From Candidatus Paracaedimonas acanthamoebae (lineage in GTDB: Bacteria; Pseudomonadota; Alphaproteobacteria; Caedimonadales; Caedimonadaceae): a stretch of DNA of 32,000 nt. A program made the position numbers and the translations under genes. The DNA is taken from contig CP008937.1 of assembly GCA_000743035.1 (NCBI GenBank), forward strand, positions 116,132-148,131, read 5' to 3'. Below, piece by piece: positions 26,115-32,000 of this stretch. The notes beneath the pieces were generated by a model that ran no database searches, had not been told where the DNA came from, and saw only the letters and a program-made list of their open reading frames with translations. Each line of letters opens with the position of its first letter. The stretch's first letter is position 1.

Positions 26115-26537
26115 ATGAAGTTTAATGAACACAATTGTACAAATTATATTCTAAGTTACCTTCCAAATTTTAAGCCTAAAGTATTAGATTATCATAATGA
26201 ACTTAAAGATAATCCTACAGAAAATCCAACCTTATGTGGTGATCTAACAGAACTAGTAGATTTCTATAAAGATTTAAAAGAATCCCCTAAGGTAAACCGT
26301 AAAGAAATAATAGAGATATTTAAAGTAATGGAAGAACTAGCGGCTCAAGGTGATAAGAATGTAAAAGGTGCTTTGGAAGTATGCTTCTTCGAAAGCATTA
26401 TTAATAGCTTGGGAACAGATGAAAAAGCATTAAAAGAGTTTTTTAAAATGTTAGGACCTGCATCACTTGAGCTTTGTAAACAAAATGATGCTTTCTGGGG
26501 GACAAGAACTCCAGGTTTGTATGAGAGTAATCACTAA
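26115..26537 (+). CDS. Small acidic protein immediately downstream of the toxin-like tip; candidate cognate immunity protein
   Basis: 140-aa ORF. The ATG lies 3 nt after the upstream stop, with AGGAAAA as RBS inside the upstream gene. It is predicted helical (..IIEIFKVMEELAAQGDKNVKGALEVCFFESIINSL..). The functional call rests on gene context only. Confidence 0.6.
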   Translation: MKFNEHNCTNYILSYLPNFKPKVLDYHNELKDNPTENPTLCGDLTELVDFYKDLKESPKVNRKEIIEIFKVMEELAAQGDKNVKGALEVCFFESIINSLGTDEKALKEFFKMLGPASLELCKQNDAFWGTRTPGLYESNH

Positions 26538-26686
26538 GTAACCTTACCACTGATCCTAGTCTTCAATCTCTCTTGTTAGCTTTGGGCTTGCCTGAAAAGG
26601 ATGCTCTTGGGTTGATTGATTCAGATGATTTTCAATACAAGCCTCTTTATCTCAATATTTTAACTGATGCCAAGAAATTAGGTTGA
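26537..26686 (+). pseudogene. Orphan stub: second copy of the pre-toxin junction of the 23802-26111 gene, ending in a stop
   Basis: 26537-26683 reads SNLTTDPSLQSLLLALGLPEKDALGLIDSDDFQYKPLYLNILTDAKKLG*. 25374-25520 reads SDITNDPSLQSLLLALGLPEKDALGLVESDDFQLKPLYLSILTDAKRIG, followed by the toxin tip. The stub starts exactly at the immunity gene stop codon. Confidence 0.8.
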
Positions 26687-26834
26687 GCAAGAATATTGAG
26701 GTTGGCAGGAGTAAGCAAAAATAAAATTATTATAGAAAAATGCGGTAAATTGTAATATCTCATAAATGTTAAGAAAAAATGTTTAATTATTTTTCGAACT
26801 TACAGAAATATAATTTCATAACAGGAGTAATATA

Positions 26835-27764
26835 ATGCTCGATCTTAAGCAATTATCTGCATTTTATTATGTTGCAAAGACTGGAAGTTTTACTCTTGCA
26901 GAATCACAGGTAGGTGTTAAGCAGTCTTGGATTAGTCGACAAGTTTCAGAATTAGAAGATAAATTTGGTAGCCTCTTATTAGAGAGAGGCCATGGTACAG
27001 TAAATCTCACTCCTGAGGGTAAATTAGTTTACGAAGTGGTTGGAAAGCTACTTTTTGAAGCAAAAATCGTTGAAAGCCTCTTATTAGAAAAACATAACGA
27101 ACCAAAAGGTAAACTGAATATAGCAACAACTGTTGGTCATGCTGCATGGCTGGTTAACTATATACCTGAATTTTTAAATAAATACCCAGATATGAGAGTA
27201 AGTATTAGCGGTAATGATGATAATTTGGACATGAAAGCTCAAAATTCTGATGTTGCCATAAGACCCTTTGTATCTAAAAGCCCTGAGTTAGTTCATCTAT
27301 ATTTACTATCCTATCCCTTAGGTTTGTTTGCTAGCCCCAAATATTTAAAACAATATGGAATGCCACAGAGACCTGAAGATTTAGATCATCATAGATTAAT
27401 TGCATATGCAAAAGATAAAAAAATACCATTTGGAAACGTTGATTGGCATTTGAAACTAGGCACTAAAAATGATGAGGTAAGAGAACCATATTTACAGGTA
27501 AATTCAGCTCTAGGATTAGCACGAGCAGCTGAGTATGGGTTGGGAATAGTATCCATCTCAAAGTTTCAAGAAGTTTCTAAAAATGTAGAACTTATTGAAA
27601 TTTTACCCAATGTCGAGGGGCCTATGGTTGATGTTCATTATATATATCCTAAAAGGCTAGAGCATATAAAAAGAATTACGTCTTTTGGGGAATACCTGGT
27701 TAAAATGTTAGAAAGTGAAAGTAAAATAACTGAAACGCAGGTGTTTAGAAGGCAATTGGATTAA
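26835..27764 (+). CDS. LysR-family transcriptional regulator
   Basis: 309-aa ORF. N-terminal LysR HTH: LKQLSAFYYVAKTGSFTLAESQVGVKQSWISRQVSELEDKFGSLLLER....LTPEGK. The C-terminal region has the length and pattern of a substrate-binding domain. RBS ACAGGAG upstream. Confidence 0.92.
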   Translation: MLDLKQLSAFYYVAKTGSFTLAESQVGVKQSWISRQVSELEDKFGSLLLERGHGTVNLTPEGKLVYEVVGKLLFEAKIVESLLLEKHNEPKGKLNIATTVGHAAWLVNYIPEFLNKYPDMRVSISGNDDNLDMKAQNSDVAIRPFVSKSPELVHLYLLSYPLGLFASPKYLKQYGMPQRPEDLDHHRLIAYAKDKKIPFGNVDWHLKLGTKNDEVREPYLQVNSALGLARAAEYGLGIVSISKFQEVSKNVELIEILPNVEGPMVDVHYIYPKRLEHIKRITSFGEYLVKMLESESKITETQVFRRQLD

Positions 27765-27782
27765 TAAATAAACATAAAAATT

Positions 27783-27804
27783 ACCCCGCTATTAAAAGCG
27801 GGGT
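27783..27804. terminator. GC-rich hairpin after the LysR gene; works better as an intrinsic terminator for the minus strand
   Basis: accccgc (27783-27789) pairs with gcggggt (27798-27804) with an 8-nt loop. On the minus strand it is followed by TAATTTTTATG. On the plus strand it is followed by tatggtt, a weak T tract. Confidence 0.55.
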
Positions 27805-28193
27805 TATGGTTACAGCCTTACAATTGCATTTATAAATTGATGTGGAATATTAAGTTTTTCGAATGATTTAGATTTCATAGTACTATTTCCTTTCTGAAAG
27901 GGAAAAATTTAAATAAAATTTTTCTTATATTTTTTATATATCGTTCAATTTTTTAAGTCAAGATAAGCCATAAATTTTAACAAGTATTAATATTTATTTA
28001 TAATAAACATATACTTAGAAGATTGAACTAATTATTCTTAATAAGAAAATAATAATACTAATGTTTCTTGACAAGAATAACAAAGTTGTTGTAGATTGTT
28101 TATAGTTAGAAAAAGCAATTCACATTGTATTACTAACGTTTTGAATTATGCTTAATCCTCCTAAACATAATTCATAGCCCCCCTGTTTAAACT

Positions 28194-28225
28194 GCCAGAG
28201 ATTTATATGTCTCTGGCATTTCTTT
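28194..28225 (+). terminator. Terminator-like hairpin plus T tract just upstream of the 28234 ORF (end of a small RNA or a leader attenuator)
   Basis: gccagaga (28194-28201) pairs with tctctggc (28210-28217) with an 8-nt loop, followed by atttcttt. Confidence 0.35.
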
Positions 28226-28233
28226 AGGGATAA

Positions 28234-28833
28234 TTGGGATTGGGGTTTCACGTAATTTGGGAAGAACAAAAAATGTTTTATGTATTAAATGAAAATCGTC
28301 ATTATTTTATAGATACTTGGAATGAAGTAAGGTTGGGAGATTATATAGATCCTTTTTCAGAACTTAATATTAGTTTAATAAGCCATCATCAAGGATTTCC
28401 GCTTCTTAATGGTGAAGTTCCCCTTGTATTTATTGATGATGAAGAAGGTTTATGCGGTTTTGCTTATCTAAAACCACTTGAAGATGATGAAGTCGAAGAA
28501 ATACCAGCGTGGTTATTAAGCGATATTAATCTTTATATTAGCAATTCTATAGCTGATGACGTTGGACGTGTAGAAGGACTAAAGAAAAGATATTATACGG
28601 CTTTACGGGATGCTGTTGTAAGTATATTGCACCCTGTATCAACGCGAAATATTTTTACAATGAGCAAGGATATACAAAAGCATGAAAATTTAAAATATTA
28701 CACACAGCTTAATTTTACAGAAAGTCCTCAATATACAACAGAGGGAATTTTAGGGACAGTTTTACACACTCAGGTATTCAGTATTAATAAAGATGTAATT
28801 CATTATTGTGGAACATCTCCTTTAGTCCAATGA
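28234..28833 (+). CDS. Hypothetical protein
   Basis: 199-aa ORF with no motif I recognise. The track start is a non-ATG codon. The ATG at 28273 (MFYVLNENRHYF) is a plausible alternative start. Confidence 0.6.
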   Translation: MGLGFHVIWEEQKMFYVLNENRHYFIDTWNEVRLGDYIDPFSELNISLISHHQGFPLLNGEVPLVFIDDEEGLCGFAYLKPLEDDEVEEIPAWLLSDINLYISNSIADDVGRVEGLKKRYYTALRDAVVSILHPVSTRNIFTMSKDIQKHENLKYYTQLNFTESPQYTTEGILGTVLHTQVFSINKDVIHYCGTSPLVQ

Positions 28834-28882
28834 TTTAAGGAAAGAATTAAATTGCTTAAAATATTGTTAGGCAATATGCAGG

Positions 28883-29374
28883 CTAGAGAATTTTCTCAAT
28901 ACTCCAGTCTGCAAAACGTCTGTCAAGGCTTTTATCATTTTTAAAATAACAAAATGTGTAAATCTCCGTTATGGATTTAAATAAAGCATTTAAATCAGGT
29001 TTAGCATTCTTATTTTTGAGATATTGAGTCAAATAACTTGATATTTCTAAGTATAAATCATGATCTTCAAGGTAGATAATTTTTTTTTCTGCTTGAGTGG
29101 GCGATAATAAGGGGCGTTCGGATGTATGAGATTTTTGAGTACTAAATTCTTCATTTTCTAATAAATCTTTGATAGTACAACCAAGAAAATCTGCAATTTT
29201 TTGTAAAGTTTTTGCTGTTGGATTTTTTGTATGACCATTGAGGATACTCAGAACAGAGTTCTTAGTTAATTCAGCTTTTCTTTCAAGTTCAGCAATACTC
29301 AACCTTTGTTCTTTAATTGCTTTAGCAATATTTTCTTTCAAAAGAGAAGACATTCTAAATTTTCCATTTGACAA
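28883..29374 (-). CDS. XRE/cI-family helix-turn-helix repressor
   Basis: 163-aa ORF. HTH: IKEQRLSIAELERKAELTKNSVLSILNGHTKNPTAKTLQKIADFLGCTIKDLL. It is divergent from the Rep-like operon. The track start at 29374 is TTG; an ATG alternative lies at 29353 (MSSLLKEN). Confidence 0.88.
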   Translation of the reverse strand: MSNGKFRMSSLLKENIAKAIKEQRLSIAELERKAELTKNSVLSILNGHTKNPTAKTLQKIADFLGCTIKDLLENEEFSTQKSHTSERPLLSPTQAEKKIIYLEDHDLYLEISSYLTQYLKNKNAKPDLNALFKSITEIYTFCYFKNDKSLDRRFADWSIEKIL

Positions 29375-29395
29375 CTTAAGTTATCATGATAATAT
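29368..29395 (+). promoter_or_regulatory. Near-consensus sigma70-type promoter for the 29436 operon with an embedded 12-bp palindromic operator
   Basis: TTGACA (29368-29373), a 16-nt spacer, then TAATAT (29390-29395). The perfect palindrome TTATCATGATAA (29381-29392) sits in the spacer and -10 region. A related half-site TTATCA recurs near 29422. It overlaps the 5' end of the divergent XRE gene. Confidence 0.55.
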
Positions 29396-29435
29396 CAATT
29401 GTTATTAAGGTAATAAAAATGGTTATCAATTATGA

Positions 29436-30881
29436 ATGCCACTTTTAAATTTCGTTCAGCAAAATTTAGCAGAGAGAATAACTCTTATGCAATCTAATAC
29501 TGTACGTCCCATTATGAAGTCGGTCATTAGAGAGGACCTAGTTGCCCTTACTAAAGATTACAAAGCTGCTGTTGTATTACATCAGCTTATTTATTGGACA
29601 AAACGTGTTCATGATTTTGATAAATTTCTTCAAGAAGAACATGACCGAAATCCTGAGTGTAATGTTAATCTTAGACATGGATGGATCATTAAAACAGCTC
29701 AGGATCTAGCTGATGAAACATTGCTTGGCCTTTCTCGGCAAACGATGCGTACCATTTTAAAAAATCTCATGGAACTTGGAGTTATTGAAGAATCATATCT
29801 TAATGATAATAAATGGGACAAAACGACCAAATATAGGCTGAACCTCGTTAAACTACAGGAAAGCTTATTTGCACTTGGCTATCCTTTAAGTGATTTCACA
29901 TTACCTCAAAACCCGCATAACTCCCGAATGTTAAGTTCACAACATTCGAACGTCAAAAATGGACCTTCGAATGTTAAAAAATTAGCAAACAATATAGATA
30001 AGAGATTACACACAGAGATTACTCTTTCTTCTTCTCCACCCTCTTCCTCATGTGGATCAACAGAAGAAGAAAAAGAAAACATTGCAAACGAGATGAAAGA
30101 AATTTGGATGGAAGAGATTAGCTTCCTTGAGATCAGCCAGTTAACACCTTCTTTGATCCAAAGTCTTTATCAAGCCTTTCAAAGCCTTTTTGGCTCCTCT
30201 CTTGTCACTTGGAGATCCTATTGCAGGAAGATTGCCTCAAGTAAGTTCTTAATGGGAGAGGGCGGTAATAAGCATTTCCAAAAACCGTGGCTGACTTGGG
30301 CTATTAAAGCTGAGACTTACCAAAAGGTTGAATCAGGCCAGTTTACCTTAGGCGATCGCATTGCCTTTCTTCCAGAAGCAAAGAGTGAAGAAAATAAGGC
30401 AGAAAAAGAAGAATTATTACGCCAAGAAATTCTCTCTTCTTCACATCATCCTTTGTGGAAGAAAGTGTGTTTACTTCTAACTGATAAGCTCGGAGTCTCT
30501 CTTATTCGTCAATGGCTTTTAGACATGGATATTGCTTCTATGAAACAAGAAGAAGTTTGTCTTCAGGCTCCCACTTTGTTTGCAAGAGACTGGGTCAGCA
30601 AAAACTTAAAAGCTCAAATCTTATCAGCTTTAGAAAAAGCTTTAGGCCTACCAGTTAATCACCTTAAAATTGAAGTTTCCCAAAACTCTGGCATCCTCCC
30701 CTTGTCAGAGTTGGTAGAAGGAGGGTCCCCCCATAGCTCTCCTTCTACTCCCTTTGAGGGCCCCTGCAAAGTTGACACTCATTCTATGTCTCAAAAAGAA
30801 AATAGAGAAGTTATCTCCTCCTCAAAGCTTTTGAGCGGTATGATGCCCTCACATCAAGATAGGAGCTTATTTTATGCATAG
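29436..30881 (+). CDS. Replication-associated protein: N-terminal winged-helix-like region, shared Rep-family middle region, C-terminal DnaA domain-I-like module
   Basis: 481-aa ORF, paralog of 20740-22011 (see that entry). The segment HPLWKKVCLLLTDKLGVSLIRQWLLDMDIASMKQEEVCLQAPTLFARDWVSKNLKAQILSALEKALGLPVNHLKIEV (30447-30683) aligns with the E. coli DnaA N-terminus as I remember it. Confidence 0.8.
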   Translation: MPLLNFVQQNLAERITLMQSNTVRPIMKSVIREDLVALTKDYKAAVVLHQLIYWTKRVHDFDKFLQEEHDRNPECNVNLRHGWIIKTAQDLADETLLGLSRQTMRTILKNLMELGVIEESYLNDNKWDKTTKYRLNLVKLQESLFALGYPLSDFTLPQNPHNSRMLSSQHSNVKNGPSNVKKLANNIDKRLHTEITLSSSPPSSSCGSTEEEKENIANEMKEIWMEEISFLEISQLTPSLIQSLYQAFQSLFGSSLVTWRSYCRKIASSKFLMGEGGNKHFQKPWLTWAIKAETYQKVESGQFTLGDRIAFLPEAKSEENKAEKEELLRQEILSSSHHPLWKKVCLLLTDKLGVSLIRQWLLDMDIASMKQEEVCLQAPTLFARDWVSKNLKAQILSALEKALGLPVNHLKIEVSQNSGILPLSELVEGGSPHSSPSTPFEGPCKVDTHSMSQKENREVISSSKLLSGMMPSHQDRSLFYA

Positions 30882-31602
30882 GCTTATTATTAATGAAGCT
30901 TCGCTTGATTTGCTGCCAACTCTTGCTCAAGAACATGGAGTCAAATGGGCTTTAATCCTTCAGCATCTAAAAGACTGCTTGGATACGGATGCTCAAGCGG
31001 TTCAAGTTGAGGGACAGGTGTGGATAAGAAAAGCTTACGAAGAATGGCAAGAGAAACTGCCGTTTTTATCTATTGAGACGATTAAGCGGAGTATTAACTC
31101 TCTTGAGGAAAAGAATATCATTTTAAGCTCAAGGATGAAAAATAGAAAATTTGCTCAAGGAAAATGGTACACGATTAATCTTAACTATTTTGATGGGATC
31201 CAAATAACACCAAGAAAGTCTCAAGAAGATCGTTACAAAACATGGCTTGAGAATGAGGAGAAACACCCCTTATGGGGTGAAGTCTGTAAGAGTGTTTTTG
31301 AGCAGTTAGAGGATGCGACAGAAAAAAAGTGGTTATGTGATATGGATATCGTCTCCCTTACAGGCTCATCTGTTCACGTAAGTGTTCCCAATCACATAGT
31401 AAAGAATTGGGTTATAAGGAAGATTTATGATCCTTTGTTCCAATCATTAGAAGCAACCCTAGGGTACCCTATTGAGAAACTTCATCTAGAAATTCATTCA
31501 CCTGATAATTTTGGTGATTCCTTTTCATCCAATAGAGAAGGAGAGACTCGCCCAACTTCTTCTCCCTCTCACATTAAAAAGTCAAATGGAGTAAGCGCAT
31601 GA
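30874..31602 (+). CDS. Second replication-associated protein: winged-helix-like N-terminus plus DnaA domain-I-like C-terminus
   Basis: 242-aa ORF whose ATG overlaps the upstream stop (ATGCATAG). HPLWGEVCKSVFEQLEDATEKKWLCDMDIVSLTGSSVHVSVPNHIVKNWVIRKIYDPLFQSLEATLGYPIEKLHLEI spans 31264-31500. Confidence 0.8.
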   Translation: MHRLIINEASLDLLPTLAQEHGVKWALILQHLKDCLDTDAQAVQVEGQVWIRKAYEEWQEKLPFLSIETIKRSINSLEEKNIILSSRMKNRKFAQGKWYTINLNYFDGIQITPRKSQEDRYKTWLENEEKHPLWGEVCKSVFEQLEDATEKKWLCDMDIVSLTGSSVHVSVPNHIVKNWVIRKIYDPLFQSLEATLGYPIEKLHLEIHSPDNFGDSFSSNREGETRPTSSPSHIKKSNGVSA

Positions 31603-31868
31603 GTCAGAAATTATCCCTTATTAATCCTGAATTCAATAACGAGCCAGACACGGAGATCAACGCTCCTAAGCATTATGTAGAGGGACGTACCATAGAACCT
31701 ATAAGTGTGACTGAGGACTGGAACCTCAACCATCACTTAGCTTGTGCTTTGAAGTACATCTCCAGAGCTGGGCGTAAACATGATGAGGTCAAGGATTTGA
31801 AGAAGGCCATCTGGTATTTAGAAAGGCGAATAAAATTATTAGAGAAGAAGAAAAATTTGAAGGAATAA
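31599..31868 (+). CDS. DUF3310-like small phage/plasmid protein
   Basis: 89-aa ORF with an ATGA start/stop overlap with the upstream gene. The pattern HY..G..IEPI.V.EDW.L..HLA.ALKYISRAGRK....KDLKKAIWYLER matches my recollection of the DUF3310 family signature. Confidence 0.6.
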   Translation: MSQKLSLINPEFNNEPDTEINAPKHYVEGRTIEPISVTEDWNLNHHLACALKYISRAGRKHDEVKDLKKAIWYLERRIKLLEKKKNLKE

Positions 31869-32000
31869 AACTTTAATTTATTAAGCGGAGTCTGCGCCCG
31901 GACAACCAATCTTGAGCGCAGCACTCCTGTACAACTAGATATCAAGAAAGGAATCCTGATGTACGACATCAGTATACCCAAAATTGGGAAAAATACATCC

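Noticed and set aside
31733-31981. Track ORF 31733-31981(-), and the hairpin ctgcgc..gcgcag near 31891-31921
   Set aside because: The ORF is antisense to the DUF3310-like gene and has an odd composition. The hairpin lacks a T tract and lies at the window edge, so no terminator is called.
1-32000. Scan for tRNA, rRNA, tmRNA and CRISPR repeats
   Set aside because: I saw no T-loop or acceptor-stem patterns (GGTTCGAAT-type), no rRNA-like conserved blocks, and no short direct repeats separated by unique spacers. This was done by eye only, so tRNAscan-SE, Infernal and a CRISPR finder should confirm it.

Overview
AT-rich 32-kb mosaic that looks like accessory, plasmid or mobile-element DNA from a host-associated bacterium. 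The organism guess is inference only. All domain calls come from motif recognition by eye; no searches were run.

Layout:
(1) 0-17.4 kb is an island of eukaryote-like, conflict-type proteins. It holds three NB-ARC STAND NTPases: two carry a private 35-aa repeat array and one carries TPRs. It also holds three copies of a SEFIR/TIR-like (STIR) module, a trypsin-like protease fused to that module, a patatin phospholipase, and a membrane-anchored protein with a deaminase-like HxE...CxxC signature. Degraded IS256-family and IS110-family transposase remnants flank the five-gene minus-strand core.
(2) 18.0-22.0 kb is a plasmid-type maintenance block: HU, SSB, a ParA plus small RHH (ParG-like) partition pair, a second RHH regulator and a Rep-like protein. 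Its intergenic regions are full of TGTACA/TGTAAAC repeats and palindromes.
(3) 23.0-26.7 kb is a large secreted protein interrupted by a 1-nt frameshift. It ends in a compact toxin-like tip, followed 3 nt later by a small immunity-like gene and then an orphan copy of the pre-toxin junction. This is the layout of a polymorphic toxin cassette.
(4) 26.8-27.8 kb is a LysR regulator, followed by a 470-bp gene-free spacer with two well-formed small transcription units.
(5) 28.9-31.9 kb is an XRE repressor divergent from a translationally coupled operon of two Rep-like proteins and a DUF3310-like protein.

Three Rep-like proteins in the window end in a DnaA domain-I-like module. I saw no rRNA, tRNA or CRISPR array.

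The most interesting candidate system is the SEFIR/TIR-like plus STAND plus protease plus patatin cluster at 5.9-17.4 kb. Four of its five proteins carry Sec-type signal peptides.
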